A DNA stretch of 58,849 nt from the NCBI GenBank assembly GCA_977020255.1, contig CDROCS010001564.1, positions 62,001 to 120,849 on the forward strand. Reading direction: 5' to 3'. This DNA is from Obrimoposthia wandeli (lineage: Eukaryota). Below are positions 40,117 through 52,011 of this stretch, piece by piece; positions within the stretch are counted from its first letter, which is position 1; every line of letters starts with the position of its first letter. The notes under the pieces were generated by a model. That model saw only the letters and a program-made list of their open reading frames with translations. It had not been told where the DNA came from and did no database searches. A program made the translations under genes and the position numbers.

Positions 40117-40338
40117 TTACTCTGCGTCTTCAGCTTCTTGAGCTTCCATACTTGCAGTCGATACAAGGCCTGCTGCGATTTCACGTAAAGCAACTACTGT
40201 AGGCTTATCGCCTTCAACAGGAACAAGTGGTTCAGCACCTTGAACAGCAATTTGGCGAGCACGCTTAGTGGCCAACATGACCAATTCAAAACGGTTATCA
40301 ACGTTTTCTAGACAATCTTCAACGGTTACGCGAGCCAT
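40117..40338 (-). CDS. rpoZ: RNA polymerase omega subunit
   Basis: [20 protein letters not shown]...[11 protein letters not shown]. Confidence 0.98.
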   Translation of the reverse strand: MARVTVEDCLENVDNRFELVMLATKRARQIAVQGAEPLVPVEGDKPTVVALREIAAGLVSTASMEAQEAEDAE

Positions 40339-40474
40339 GAATTAACTTCCTGCGGGTTACAAAATTTGGGTTCGTTGCCTGCATGAGTTACTCATCGGCA
40401 ATGATGACCCTGTAGTTTAGCGAATGCTGGGCCATCATAGAAGTATTAGAATGCAATAATTGATTGTTTTTTAG

Positions 40475-41098
40475 TTAATTCAGCAAGTTTTGCAATAATA
40501 CTTGCTGAATTTGACTCTGAGCAGCCGTTCTTTGGCGACGAGCCAGAACAATTGAGCGTAATTCTTGTAATGCCAGATCAAAATCATCATTAATGATCAA
40601 GTAGTCGAATTCGCCATAATGACTCATTTCGCTTTCGGCATCTTGCATGCGACGGTCGATAATTTCTTGAGAATCAGTGCCGCGGCCTGTTAATCGCTTC
40701 AGCAGTTCTTCTCGGCTAGGAGGAAGAATAAATACGCTGACCATGTCAGGCATTTGTTGGCGAATCTGATCAGCACCCTGCCAGTCGATTTCTAAAATAA
40801 CGTCACGACCGGCGTCTAATTCTTGTTCAACCCAAATCTGTGAAGTACCGTAAAAGTTATCAAAGACTTGAGCGTGCTCTAAGAAAGCGCTTTGCTCAAT
40901 CAAACTTTTAAAGTCGTCTTGGCTAACAAAGTTATAGTCTTTGCCACTGCACTCGCCTTCGCGCGGTGCTCGAGTCGTATGGGAAACCGATACGCCAATA
41001 TCCCCTGTTTGCTCTAATAGTGCTTTTACTAAGGTTGTTTTACCTGCGCCTGAAGGTGCGGAGAAAACATAAAGGGTACCCGTGGAAATTTTTTGCAT
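40475..41098 (-). CDS. gmk: Guanylate kinase
   Basis: SAPSGAGKT; SHTTRAPR; LEIDWQGA; start placed at MQKIST. Confidence 0.97.
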   Translation of the reverse strand: MQKISTGTLYVFSAPSGAGKTTLVKALLEQTGDIGVSVSHTTRAPREGECSGKDYNFVSQDDFKSLIEQSAFLEHAQVFDNFYGTSQIWVEQELDAGRDVILEIDWQGADQIRQQMPDMVSVFILPPSREELLKRLTGRGTDSQEIIDRRMQDAESEMSHYGEFDYLIINDDFDLALQELRSIVLARRQRTAAQSQIQQVLLQNLLN

Positions 41099-41287
41099 GT
41101 GAATCTCAAGTCTTGATCGAACATCATTAGTTATCGCTATTTTAACCTGTAATAGACGATGCACAAATACGTTGTTACAAAATGAGGTGAAATAGCTTTA
41201 ATCAGCGTAACTATCTTATGAATATGCCGTTATAATGCGCGCTTTTTATTGACTGTAGATTTATAGATTCTTATTGGAGAACGTTGT

Positions 41288-42004
41288 ATGAGACCTAGTG
41301 GCCGCCAAGTAAACGAATTACGTGAAGTTCGCATCACTCGAAATTTTACTAAACACGCAGAAGGTTCTGTATTGGTCGAATTTGGCGATACCAAAGTGAT
41401 CTGTACTGCCAGTGTTGATAAGGGCGTGCCTCGTTTTATGCGTGGAGAAGGTAAGGGTTGGGTATCGGCTGAATATGGCATGTTACCTCGGGCTACCGGT
41501 AAGCGCATGATTCGTGAAGCTGCGAAAGGTAAGCAAAGTGGGCGTACGGTTGAGATATCTCGCCTAATAGCTCGTTGCTTGCGTGCGGCGGTCGATATGA
41601 AAGCATTGGGAGAATTTACAATTCAGTTGGATTGCGATGTGATTCAGGCTGACGGCGGCACACGTACTGCCGCCATTACCGGTGCTTTTGTGGCATTACA
41701 AGATGCGCTTAATGGTTTGATTGAAGCGGGCAAGATTAAAACGAATCCGATTAAGAGCCCGATAGCCGCTGTTTCAGTGGGTATCTATAAAGGAACAGCC
41801 GTATTGGATTTGGATTATGCAGAAGACTCTGTGGCAGAAACAGATTTGAACGTGATCATGACGGCAGCGGGTGGCTTTGTAGAAATTCAAGGTACTGCTG
41901 AACAAGAGGCTTTCTCGCCGGAAGAGTTAGCGGCTATGTTAGCGCTGGCAAAAGACGGTATTACTGAATTGTGCGAAAAGCAGCAGGCTGCATTGAGCGA
42001 GTAG
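41288..42004 (+). CDS. rph: Ribonuclease PH
   Basis: MRPSGR; AEYGMLP; QADGGTRTA; LDLDYAEDS. Confidence 0.98.
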   Translation: MRPSGRQVNELREVRITRNFTKHAEGSVLVEFGDTKVICTASVDKGVPRFMRGEGKGWVSAEYGMLPRATGKRMIREAAKGKQSGRTVEISRLIARCLRAAVDMKALGEFTIQLDCDVIQADGGTRTAAITGAFVALQDALNGLIEAGKIKTNPIKSPIAAVSVGIYKGTAVLDLDYAEDSVAETDLNVIMTAAGGFVEIQGTAEQEAFSPEELAAMLALAKDGITELCEKQQAALSE

Positions 42005-42062
42005 AGTTATTCATTGGTTATCACGAGTGAATTAACCCTTTTGTGAAAGGGTGATATCAATA

Positions 42063-42102
42063 CAAAAAAGCCCACGTTAGTTAACTAACATGGGCTTTTT
42101 TG
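42063..42102. terminator. Bidirectional terminator between rph and crc
   Basis: CAAAAAAGCCCA...TGGGCTTTTTTG. Confidence 0.9.
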
Positions 42103-42147
42103 ATATTGAATAAGACTCAATATTTAAGGCTTTGTGTTCAGTTAGCC

Positions 42148-42924
42148 TTACTCTTCATCATCAAATTCGTATTCTACAAGTACCGGTGCATGGCTGCTAA
42201 ATACTTGGTTTTTCAGAATTTTAGATTCCACCACATACTGACGCAAATCGGGAGTGCAAATCTGATAATCAAATCTGAAACCTTCTGTATTGCGACGGCG
42301 TGCTTCTTCATTTGGCCAATAGGTGAATTGATTCTCACCAAAATTAGCCTCTCGAAATGCATCGACAAAGCCGACGGGTCCAAAGGTCTGATCCAAGAAT
42401 GCACGTTCTTCTAACAAAAAGCCCGATTGATCTTGTTGCTGTCGCCAATCAGCGACATCAATCGTTTTGTGAGCGGCTTCAAAGTTGCCACAAAAAATAA
42501 AATCACGACGCTTACGACGAGTCTTCTTCAAGTGGTTTAAGAATTCTTGCTGAAAGGCAAGTTTGTCTTCTAGGCTATGAAAAGCATCTTCTTTTGGAAA
42601 AAGAATACTGCCGATGCTGACATTTTCAAAGTCGGCTTGAATGTAGCGACCCTGAAAATCACATGCGGGGAAGCCTAGCCCAGTCATAATTGCTTTTGGC
42701 AATTCACGGGTATAAATAGCGACGCCTGAATAATCGTCGGTTTCACCTTCGAAGAAATATCCATTATATCCATCAGGATATAATACGCTGTCAGGCAGCT
42801 TATACTCTCTATCTAGGGTGTTCTGGATGCACACAACATCCGCTTGCTCTTCATTCAGCCATTCGAAGAGCCCTTGTTCGGCGGCTTTTTTTAAGCCGTC
42901 AACGTGTAGGCTGATAATCCTCAT
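42148..42924 (-). CDS. crc: Catabolite repression control protein Crc (catalytically degenerate ExoIII fold)
   Basis: MRIISL...GLGF...GRYIQADF...RRKRRDFIFCG...GFLLEERAFLD resembles Pseudomonas Crc; between rph and pyrE; ExoIII catalytic motifs altered. Confidence 0.8.
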   Translation of the reverse strand: MRIISLHVDGLKKAAEQGLFEWLNEEQADVVCIQNTLDREYKLPDSVLYPDGYNGYFFEGETDDYSGVAIYTRELPKAIMTGLGFPACDFQGRYIQADFENVSIGSILFPKEDAFHSLEDKLAFQQEFLNHLKKTRRKRRDFIFCGNFEAAHKTIDVADWRQQQDQSGFLLEERAFLDQTFGPVGFVDAFREANFGENQFTYWPNEEARRRNTEGFRFDYQICTPDLRQYVVESKILKNQVFSSHAPVLVEYEFDDEE

Positions 42925-43040
42925 ACATGGTTCCTGCATACTGAAGAGTGTATGATACCTGATCCTAGGGGATCTAGGGTAACTCTGGTTAGGATTCTTT
43001 GTTGCTGAAACCAGAACAGCAATATTTATTAAGGCTTATT

Positions 43041-43685
43041 ATGCAAAATTATCAACGTGACTTCATCGAATTCGCTATTAAACAGGGCGTATTGAAGTTT
43101 GGCGAGTTTACTCTTAAATCGGGTCGAGTAAGCCCATACTTCTTTAATGCTGGATTGTTCAATACCGGTAAAGCACTTGCAGAAATTGGCCGTTTTTATG
43201 CTGCTGCCCTTGAAGAAGCTGGGGTTGAATATGATGTTATTTTTGGCCCAGCTTATAAAGGTATTCCTCTAGCAACTACGTTGAGCGTAGCTCTTTTTGA
43301 CAAATATGGAAAAGATGTTCCGTATGTTTTTAACCGTAAAGAAGCAAAAGCTCACGGCGAAGGCGGCACATTAGTCGGATCGGCGTTAGAGGGCCGAGTA
43401 TTGATTGTAGATGACGTGATTACGGCAGGTACGGCTATCCGTGAAGTTATGTCTATGATTGAAGCTGCACCAGGTGCTGTACCGGCGGCTACCTTGATTG
43501 CATTGGATCGCCAAGAAAAAGGCAAAGCAGAAGAATCTGCAATCCAAGAAGTTGAGCGTGACTATGGTATTCCTGTAATTAGTATTGTTAAGTTAGAGCA
43601 AGTATTGGCTTATGTTGCTGATCAGCCAGAATTAACGCAATATGCAGCATCAATTGAAGCATATCGTAAAAAATACGGAGTATAG
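43041..43685 (+). CDS. pyrE: Orotate phosphoribosyltransferase
   Basis: [14 protein letters not shown]; GPAYKGIP; VDDVITAGT. Confidence 0.98.
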   Translation: MQNYQRDFIEFAIKQGVLKFGEFTLKSGRVSPYFFNAGLFNTGKALAEIGRFYAAALEEAGVEYDVIFGPAYKGIPLATTLSVALFDKYGKDVPYVFNRKEAKAHGEGGTLVGSALEGRVLIVDDVITAGTAIREVMSMIEAAPGAVPAATLIALDRQEKGKAEESAIQEVERDYGIPVISIVKLEQVLAYVADQPELTQYAASIEAYRKKYGV

Positions 43686-43687
43686 GT

Positions 43688-44326
43688 ATGAGGCTCGTAA
43701 CGGGCGCATTAATTTTAGCGTTAATAAGCCCAATGGCTTTTGCTGTTAAACTTTATCGTTTTGAGGTGGATGGTCGGATAATCCTTAAGGATCATATTCC
43801 ACCAGAATATGCGCAGATGCAGTATGACATTTTAAATGACCAAGGTTTGGTTGTTAGGCGTGTTCAGTCAGCACCTACGGTATCTGAGTTAGCTGAAATT
43901 GCTGCTAAAAAAGCAATAAAATCAGCGCTCATTGAGCGTATTCGTATTCGACGCGAAGCCGATCAAGCCTTGTTACGAGTCTATTCTAAGCCTGCCGATG
44001 TTGAGCGCGCGCGTAAACGCAGCACGGATAACATTGATGGCTATATTAGTCTGCAAAAACGCCGAATCGTTAGTTTGACTGAGAAACTTGAGCGGGCTCA
44101 AGGGCGCGCAGCTAATCAAGAGCGTGCAGGTGCAGAAATTCCAGCGGATATGCGCCTGGAGATTGCTCAGTTGCAGAATCAGATTCGTGAAAGCCATGCC
44201 AATGTTAAAATTCGAATTGTTGAAAAAAGTGATAATATTAAGGCTTATGCTGCTGAATATGCTCGTATGCAGATATTATTGAAATATCCACCAGGAACGT
44301 TAGATAGTGATATTCCGCTTGAATAA
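43688..44326 (+). CDS. Exported coiled-coil protein (DUF4124-like N-terminus)
   Basis: Signal peptide; KLYRF...DHIPPE; DQALLRVYS; conserved position after pyrE in Pseudomonas-like genomes. Confidence 0.65.
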   Translation: MRLVTGALILALISPMAFAVKLYRFEVDGRIILKDHIPPEYAQMQYDILNDQGLVVRRVQSAPTVSELAEIAAKKAIKSALIERIRIRREADQALLRVYSKPADVERARKRSTDNIDGYISLQKRRIVSLTEKLERAQGRAANQERAGAEIPADMRLEIAQLQNQIRESHANVKIRIVEKSDNIKAYAAEYARMQILLKYPPGTLDSDIPLE

Positions 44327-44383
44327 TCTTCTATCAGTGATAACGACTGTGAGTAATGAGAGTTATTACTAGAGAGATCAAAT

Positions 44384-44421
44384 AAAAACAAAAAAGGAGC
44401 CTTTGGCTCCTTTTTTGTTTT
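44384..44421. terminator. Bidirectional terminator
   Basis: AAAAACAAAAAAGGAGC-cttt-GGCTCCTTTTTTGTTTT. Confidence 0.9.
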
Positions 44422-44443
44422 GATCATGTCACGTAGGTATATT

Positions 44444-45046
44444 CTAGCCAGTGCTACGAAGCATCTGCTGGTTAATTAACTTCCATTGTTCTTGCCAGTG
44501 CAGAGTAGGTGAAGTGCTGAACTCGGTGCGTACATATTGACGAATACGACCTTCAATCAAAGCGGTAAGCATATTTGCGGTGGCCGCCAATGGAATGGTC
44601 GTTACTTTCTGTTCGCGTAATTCTGCTTCACGCAAAATCTGTTTGAACTGAGTTTCTAAGCGTTCAAAAAACTGATGAATGCGTTGGCGTAAGCGATCTG
44701 TTTCCCCTGCCAATGCATCCCCTGCTAACAAACGGCACATACCTGGGTTTTTATCTGCGAAGGTTAAAACCAAAGTCATTGTTTTTTCGCAGCGAATATC
44801 CGCTTCAGGAAAGTCTTGTAGAATTCGATTGGTGCGCGAAAAAATAGCGTCCTCGATGAATTCAATTAAGCCTTCGAACATTTTCGCTTTGCTTGGAAAA
44901 TGGCGATACAGCGCGGCCTCTGAAACCCCTACCGTTTTAGCGATATTAGCGGTCGTGATTTTGCCACCAGGGTTGATTTCCAACATGTGGACAACCGCTT
45001 GTAATATCTGCTCGCGGCGTGAAATTTTCACTTCAGCTTCGCTCAT
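44444..45046 (-). CDS. slmA: Nucleoid occlusion factor (TetR family)
   Basis: SRREQILQ...KITTANIAKTVGVSEAALYRHFPSKAKMFEGLIEFIE. Confidence 0.92.
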   Translation of the reverse strand: MSEAEVKISRREQILQAVVHMLEINPGGKITTANIAKTVGVSEAALYRHFPSKAKMFEGLIEFIEDAIFSRTNRILQDFPEADIRCEKTMTLVLTFADKNPGMCRLLAGDALAGETDRLRQRIHQFFERLETQFKQILREAELREQKVTTIPLAATANMLTALIEGRIRQYVRTEFSTSPTLHWQEQWKLINQQMLRSTG

Positions 45047-45070
45047 AATAATTCCCAATTCTTGTTATTA

Positions 45071-46042
<972 letters not shown>

Positions 46043-46130
46043 TTAGTAGAATCATCTACCGAATGAAGATGATCAGTAAAAACCTGCAATGATATTGATA
46101 TCACCGCAGGGTTACCTGTCTGAGGAGTGT

Positions 46131-48623
46131 TTAGAAGGGAATTTGAAGTTCAGGTGCGTGGCGCTGTAAGGCACTTTTGTACAAAAGCTGAATGCGTTGC
46201 AAGGCTTCGTCATCATCACCCGCGAAACGTAGGGTCAGCTTTGGTGAGGTATTAGACGCTCTTACCAATCCCCAGCCATCTTGGAAGTCAGAGCGAATGC
46301 CATCGATTGTCGATACGCGAGCTCCTTGTTGCAGGCTGGGTTCAGATGCCAATCTTTGGATGATGGCAAACTTGGCCTTATCATCTGTATTGATTGTAAT
46401 TTCAGCCGTTGAGACATCGTCAGGGAATTCAGAGAAAATCTGTGAAACAGAGTCCATTTGGTGGCTTAATAATTCTAATAAACGGGCGCTAACATAAAGG
46501 CTATCATCGAAACCATACCAGCGATCCCGGAAATAAATGTGGCCGCTAAGTTCGCCGCCTAAGGTTGCCTTTAATTCTTCCATCTTGGCTTTCATCAGGC
46601 TATGGCCAGTTTTCCACATTGTTGGGCGGCCACCAAACTGTGAAATAACGTGATTCAAACGACGTGAAGACTTGATGTCATAAATCACATCGCAACCCGG
46701 TTGACGGCTGATGATGTCTTTGGCTAAAAACATGAGAATACGATCGGGTAATATAATCATACCCTGTTCATCGACAAGACCTATTCGGTCTCCATCGCCA
46801 TCAACGGCGATACCTAGGTCGGCCTTTTGTTCAACGACTGCTTTTTGCAATGCGAGCAAATTCTTGGGATCACTCGGGTCTGGGTGATGATTAGGAAAAC
46901 TACCATCGACATCACAAAATAATGGAATGACGTCGAGGCCCATTGTTTTTAGTAATCGAAGGCCAATAGGGCCTGCAATGCCGTTGCCGGCATCAAAAAC
47001 AACTTTAAGAGGTCTGCTTAGCTGAATATCGTTTTGAATTCGCTCAAGGTAAGGCAGGCTGAGGTTCTTTTCTTCAACTTGGCCTTGTCCAGAACGGTAA
47101 TCTTTACGCTGCACTCTATGGTAAAGAGCCATTAGGGATTCTTTTGATAGCGTATTGCGTCCCATGACAATTTTAAAACCGTTGTAATTGGCAGGATTAT
47201 GGCTGCCCGTTACCATGATACCGTTAGCGCTATCCAGCTCATGACAGGCGTAATAAAGCATACCAGTGACAACAGAACCGATGCTTATGACATCGCATCC
47301 CGTGGCGAGCAGGCCTTTCTGCAAGGCTTCCGCAAGTTCAGGGCTCGATAGGCGGCCATCCCAACCAAGGATGATTTTATTTTCTCCACGGATCAATAAA
47401 TCGCTACCCAAAGCGAGGCCAATTTGTTCAGCCGTCTCAGCCGTTAAACTTTCGCCTACAATGCCTCTAATATCATAAGCGCGGAAAATGGATGAATCTA
47501 TTTTAACAGCATCATGCTCAACCTCTTCTACCATGACCTGAGGGATTGCTGCATTGCTCTGGCTACCGGAGGGGCTTTTTGTAATCGATTTTGGAATACT
47601 TTGTGTCAGTTCAACTTGTTGCTTTTCTCGTTCGAGTACGAGCTCTTCAGTATTTTTTATAATGCCTTTTGAATTAGCGAGGTGCTCCATGGCTTTACCT
47701 AAGTCATGAAAAACCTTGATATTAAACTTAGGCCATTCATTTTCGCCTTTGCGATAAAGTTGGCGAACATAATTTATGAGCATTAGTTGGTTATAATCGA
47801 CTTCGCGCTTTTGCAGCCAAGTGATTATGATTAAAGTAATCAGTGTACCCAATAGAGCAAAAATCCACGGTGTTACGATGGATGCCGTTGCTAACTGTGG
47901 GCGGGTATCTGCGGGGATGAAGGTTAAAAACCAATAATCATTAATCGATTCTGTCACGACAGTTAGCTGCGAATTACTTTTAGAGCCAATTTCAAAAACT
48001 TGTAAACCTTTACTCGGGTCATCCCGCAATACTTGGCGGGTTGAAATCAAACCATGTTTCACCGCCGCACCTGAGCGCAACTGGTCGAGCCAATCAGTGC
48101 CGTATTCGATTAATAAAATACCTTTGATTGTTTGCGAGTAATCTCTGATCGGAGTTGCTAAGTAAAAATGAATCTCACCATTTCGCTGCACAGCTTCTAG
48201 TGGGAATTCCTTGCCTTTTAAAGTGCTCGTAGCAAGCTCTTGCACGGCATAACCTAGCTTATCTTGTAGTCCTAAAGCGCTTAAATTATCAAGGATGAAT
48301 ATTTGCTCTGAGCCAGTGATTAATGCTTTGAGTGTGCGTTTCCAGCTGAGGTCTTTTTGTTCAAGGTAGTCGATGGTTTGTGCGTGGCGAGCCGCATTCT
48401 TTTGCTGTATCTGGGTTTCAGCGAGTTTGATTTTCAGGCTATGAGCCATTTGCTGAGCCATTGCTTGGGCGTATTCTTTATCCAAGCTTGCTTGTTCAAA
48501 CAAATTTACTTGCAGGCTTTGCATTGATAGGCCAAGAGAAATGAACAGCAGGGCTACCCAAATTCCCAGTCGATTATAAAACGCCAGTGTACGCTTTGGT
48601 GCTTTCATTTCCACAGCCATCAT
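46131..48623 (-). CDS. algC: Phosphomannomutase/phosphoglucomutase with N-terminal two-TM periplasmic extension
   Basis: SIFRAYDIRG, TGSHNP, DGDGDR and GELSGH motifs in the C-terminal ~460 aa. Confidence 0.9.
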   Translation of the reverse strand: MMAVEMKAPKRTLAFYNRLGIWVALLFISLGLSMQSLQVNLFEQASLDKEYAQAMAQQMAHSLKIKLAETQIQQKNAARHAQTIDYLEQKDLSWKRTLKALITGSEQIFILDNLSALGLQDKLGYAVQELATSTLKGKEFPLEAVQRNGEIHFYLATPIRDYSQTIKGILLIEYGTDWLDQLRSGAAVKHGLISTRQVLRDDPSKGLQVFEIGSKSNSQLTVVTESINDYWFLTFIPADTRPQLATASIVTPWIFALLGTLITLIIITWLQKREVDYNQLMLINYVRQLYRKGENEWPKFNIKVFHDLGKAMEHLANSKGIIKNTEELVLEREKQQVELTQSIPKSITKSPSGSQSNAAIPQVMVEEVEHDAVKIDSSIFRAYDIRGIVGESLTAETAEQIGLALGSDLLIRGENKIILGWDGRLSSPELAEALQKGLLATGCDVISIGSVVTGMLYYACHELDSANGIMVTGSHNPANYNGFKIVMGRNTLSKESLMALYHRVQRKDYRSGQGQVEEKNLSLPYLERIQNDIQLSRPLKVVFDAGNGIAGPIGLRLLKTMGLDVIPLFCDVDGSFPNHHPDPSDPKNLLALQKAVVEQKADLGIAVDGDGDRIGLVDEQGMIILPDRILMFLAKDIISRQPGCDVIYDIKSSRRLNHVISQFGGRPTMWKTGHSLMKAKMEELKATLGGELSGHIYFRDRWYGFDDSLYVSARLLELLSHQMDSVSQIFSEFPDDVSTAEITINTDDKAKFAIIQRLASEPSLQQGARVSTIDGIRSDFQDGWGLVRASNTSPKLTLRFAGDDDEALQRIQLLYKSALQRHAPELQIPF

Positions 48624-48720
48624 ATTTCCTTTTATTATTATAGATTAGCAGGAGGTGCTGATTTAGCGCTCTTCTGGCGCTTTTAAATTTCCTGCTAAGT
48701 GGAAACTCTTACCCGAAGGA

Positions 48721-49176
48721 TCAATCACGACCGGAGTGGCCAAATCCTCCTTCACCACGATCAGTGGCTTTAAACTCTTCAACGATATCGAATTTAGCTT
48801 GTATAACAGGGACGATAATTAATTGGGCTAACCTTTCGCCGATTTCGATTGTAAACGCTTGTTGCCCACGGTTCCAGCAAGAAACCATCAACTCTCCCTG
48901 ATAATCAGAATCAATCAATCCCACAAGGTTTCCCAGTACGATTCCATGTTTATGACCAAGACCTGAGCGAGGCAGAATCATAGCGGCGATCGAAGGGTCT
49001 TCAAGATAGATAGAAAGCCCTGTTGGAATTAATTGCGTCTCACCTGGATGCAGTACTAACGGTGCATCCAAACAAGCGCGAAGATCTAGACCAGCGGAAC
49101 CGGATGTTGCATATTCTGGCATTGGGATTTCGTTGCCAAGGCGAGGATCGAGTACTTTAACTTGTAGTTGTTTCAT
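48721..49176 (-). CDS. dut: dUTPase
   Basis: GSAGLDL; PRSGLG; IDSDYQG; [10 protein letters not shown]. Confidence 0.98.
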   Translation of the reverse strand: MKQLQVKVLDPRLGNEIPMPEYATSGSAGLDLRACLDAPLVLHPGETQLIPTGLSIYLEDPSIAAMILPRSGLGHKHGIVLGNLVGLIDSDYQGELMVSCWNRGQQAFTIEIGERLAQLIIVPVIQAKFDIVEEFKATDRGEGGFGHSGRD

Positions 49177-49180
49177 TAAT

Positions 49181-50407
49181 TTATATCTTCTTTAAATTTG
49201 TGTTGTCAGTATATTGATGAGCGATTAATTCGATTAATTCATTCGACAAAGCGGACTTAGACATACGTGGAAAGTCTTGCTGATTTTGTCCCCAGAAAAC
49301 AGTGACCGAATTACTATCACTGTTGAAGCCAATATCGGTGTTTGAAACATCGTTAGCGATGATCATGTTTAAATTTTTCTTTTCTAGTTTTCCGCGTGCA
49401 TACGTCGCGACATCTTGAGTTTCAGCTGCAAATCCTACAACAAAAGGCTTGTCTTCTAATTGAGCGATGGTCGCGACTATATCTGGGTTTTTAATTAAGG
49501 CTATTTGAATTTGCTCACCCGATTTTTTGATCTTCTGCTGAGCAACTTGTATTGGGCGATAATCAGCAACGGCCGCCGCGGCGATGAAAATGTCACAATT
49601 CTTTTGACGATCAAGACTGGCTTCTAACATTTCACTCGCGCTTTCAACTTGAATAACAGTCACTTTTTCAGGCGCAGATAAACGCACTGGCCCACTAATG
49701 ATCGTTACTCGTGCACCCGCATCTCGGGCCGCTTCTGCTAAAGCGTATCCCATTTTCCCAGAGCTATGATTGCTGATGAACCGCACAGGGTCGATCGCTT
49801 CACGAGTCGGGCCCGCAGTAATGACAACATCTAAGCCAGCCAATGTATTACTGGTAAATAGTTTAGCGCAGTGTTCAGCGATCAATGTGGGTTCTAACAT
49901 GCGGCCAGGACCAATGTCACCACAGGCTTGTTCTCCGTCAGCGGGCCCGAAGTAATGAAAGTTTTTCCCTTTCAGGTCTGTTAAGCGCTGGATGTTGGCT
50001 TGAGTCATTTCATCGCGCCACATGGCTTGATTCATCGCTGGGCAAATTGCTAAAGGTGCATCACTCGCAAGACAAAGCGTTGTTAATAGATCATTGCCCA
50101 TGCCTTGAGTTAGGCGCGCAATGAAGTCTGCACTGGCCGGAGCTACTAAAATAATATCAGCCCAGCGTGCTAATTCGATGTGTCCCATGCCAGCTTCCGC
50201 TTCAGGGTCTAGCATAGAATAATGGACTGGATTTCCTGATAGGGCTTGCAAGGTGAGCGGTGTAATAAATTCTTGTGCGGCAGAGGTCATCACGACGCGG
50301 ACTTCTGCTTTGGCTTTACGGAATTCGCGAACCAGTTCGGCGGCTTTATAGGCAGCGATGCCACCAGTAATGCCCAGAAGAATACGTTTATTACAAAGTT
50401 GTTGCAT
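49181..50407 (-). CDS. coaBC: Phosphopantothenoylcysteine decarboxylase/ligase
   Basis: [10 protein letters not shown]; [10 protein letters not shown]; PAMN; TAGPTRE; GFAAET. Confidence 0.98.
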   Translation of the reverse strand: MQQLCNKRILLGITGGIAAYKAAELVREFRKAKAEVRVVMTSAAQEFITPLTLQALSGNPVHYSMLDPEAEAGMGHIELARWADIILVAPASADFIARLTQGMGNDLLTTLCLASDAPLAICPAMNQAMWRDEMTQANIQRLTDLKGKNFHYFGPADGEQACGDIGPGRMLEPTLIAEHCAKLFTSNTLAGLDVVITAGPTREAIDPVRFISNHSSGKMGYALAEAARDAGARVTIISGPVRLSAPEKVTVIQVESASEMLEASLDRQKNCDIFIAAAAVADYRPIQVAQQKIKKSGEQIQIALIKNPDIVATIAQLEDKPFVVGFAAETQDVATYARGKLEKKNLNMIIANDVSNTDIGFNSDSNSVTVFWGQNQQDFPRMSKSALSNELIELIAHQYTDNTNLKKI

Positions 50408-50522
50408 TAGGAGTGCCCTTTAAATATCTGTTTTGAGTATATCAGTCGAAGCAGGCTATTCAAAAAGGGGATATGGATTTTTGTTAAGGGCTGAGAATAG
50501 GGCCCGATTTTAAGGGATTAAT

Positions 50523-51197
50523 ATGTCAATTATAGACTGGCCAGCGGATGAAAGGCCGAGAGAGAAGTTATTAGCGCGCGGTGCTGAACACTTGTCGGAT
50601 GCCGAACTACTGGCGATCTTTCTTCGAACGGGGGTGAGTGGCAAAAGTGCAGTCGATTTAGCACGAGACTTATTGATAGGTTTTGGCGGCTTACGTCAGT
50701 TACTTGTGGCAGACCAGGCATCATTTACTGACATGCACGGCTTAGGCCCAGCGAAATACGCTCAGCTACAGGCCGTCTTAGAAATGGCTAATCGTCACAT
50801 GGAGCAGACGTTAGAGAAAGAGGGCGCGTTGACGAGTCCACAACTAACTCAGCGCTATTTAATGGCTCGTTTACGAGATCGGCAGAGTGAAGTATTCGTT
50901 GCGCTCATGCTGGATAGTCAGCACCGAGTAATCGAGTATGTAGAGTTAGCACATGGCACGATCGATGGTGCGGCGGTTTATCCAAGGGAGGTGGTGAAAA
51001 TGGCGCTGGCGAAGAATGCCGCTGCGATAATTTTTGCACACAATCATCCGTCAGGTATTTCTGAAGCGAGCCAAGCTGATAAAGCGATTACTGAGCGCTT
51101 AGTTAAGGCACTTTCTCTGCTTGATATTCGAGTTTTAGACCACCTAATTATTGGTGATGGTGAATTCACATCTTTTGCTGAAAAAGGATGGTTATAA
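50523..51197 (+). CDS. radC: RadC/UPF0758 JAB-domain protein
   Basis: PREKLL...[14 protein letters not shown]; AHNHPSG; LDHLIIG. Confidence 0.96.
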   Translation: MSIIDWPADERPREKLLARGAEHLSDAELLAIFLRTGVSGKSAVDLARDLLIGFGGLRQLLVADQASFTDMHGLGPAKYAQLQAVLEMANRHMEQTLEKEGALTSPQLTQRYLMARLRDRQSEVFVALMLDSQHRVIEYVELAHGTIDGAAVYPREVVKMALAKNAAAIIFAHNHPSGISEASQADKAITERLVKALSLLDIRVLDHLIIGDGEFTSFAEKGWL

Positions 51198-51269
51198 CGC
51201 TTGTTCATGACTAACATGACGAAATAAGGATGAAAAAGGCCTGTTTGAGTAAAAAACAGTCCGCAGTCC

Positions 51270-51299
51270 TTGCACTCGACCCCAATTTTTTGGTATAAA
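51270..51299 (+). promoter_or_regulatory. sigma70 promoter of rpmB-rpmG
   Basis: TTGCAC-N18-TATAAA with TGn extension. Confidence 0.6.
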
Positions 51300-51452
51300 G
51301 CGCAACCCTTTTTTAAGGTCGTTGTGTTTCCATTTCGATAGGATGAGAACTAACTGATTTCAGCTGGCACTCATTTAAGACCAGTTGATAACAAGATTTT
51401 TTGGATTCTTCGTAACGAAGATCTAATATTTATTGACTCGGGGCGAGTAACA

Positions 51453-51692
51453 ATGTCTAAAGTTTGTCAGGTTACAGGTAAGCGCCCTGTAACAGGAAAT
51501 AATGTATCTCACTCAAACATCAAAAGTAAGCGTCGTTTTTTGCCGAACTTACAATCCCATCGTTTTTGGGTTGAGACTGAGAATCGTTTTTGGTGTTTCG
51601 TTTTACGCTTATCTACTAAACTATGCGTATCATCGACAAAGAAGGGCATCTGATGTTCTTAAAGAAATCCGCGCACGCGGCGAAAAATTTAA
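51453..51692 (+). CDS. rpmB: Ribosomal protein L28, frame disrupted after about codon 46 (probable sequence errors)
   Basis: [21 protein letters not shown]...[10 protein letters not shown]; later L28 pieces ([23 protein letters not shown]) lie in shifting frames. Confidence 0.85.
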
Positions 51693-51705
51693 AGGGGAGA
51701 AGATT

Positions 51706-51868
51706 ATGCCCACGCATTAAAGATTCGTTTAGTTTCTAAAGTGCCGGTACTGGTCACTTCTACACAACTGATAAAAACAAACGTACGATGCCTGAAAAAA
51801 TGGAAATCAAAAAGTTTGATCCAGTTGTTCGTAAGCACGTAATGTATAAAGAAGCTAAAATTAAGTAA
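51706..51868 (+). CDS. rpmG: Ribosomal protein L33, 5' end disrupted by indels (probable sequence errors)
   Basis: KIRLVS, then [40 protein letters not shown] in another frame; ATG at 51706 after GGGGAG. Confidence 0.85.
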
Positions 51869-51883
51869 GCTTTTTTATCATTG

Positions 51884-51933
51884 AAAAACCCAGTCTTGTT
51901 GGCTTGTAAGAGTTAACAACACTGGGTTTTTTT
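51884..51933 (+). terminator. Intrinsic terminator after rpmG
   Basis: AAAAACCCAGT...ACTGGGTTTTTTT. Confidence 0.85.
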
Positions 51934-52011
51934 ATGTCTGCTGTTTGAGTAATTAAGATTTATAATACAGTGGTGCTGATATTTAATATCGAATGAAACG
52001 CCGTAATTAGA

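Noticed and set aside
42148-42924. Active exodeoxyribonuclease III (xthA)
   Set aside because: Catalytic signature residues are substituted and synteny fits crc
50523-51197. radC as a mobile-element anti-restriction gene
   Set aside because: Full-length chromosomal type in the standard coaBC-radC-rpmB context
51453-51868. Programmed frameshifting in rpmB/rpmG
   Set aside because: Several independent shifts would be needed, with no coherent slippery site; sequence error is simpler
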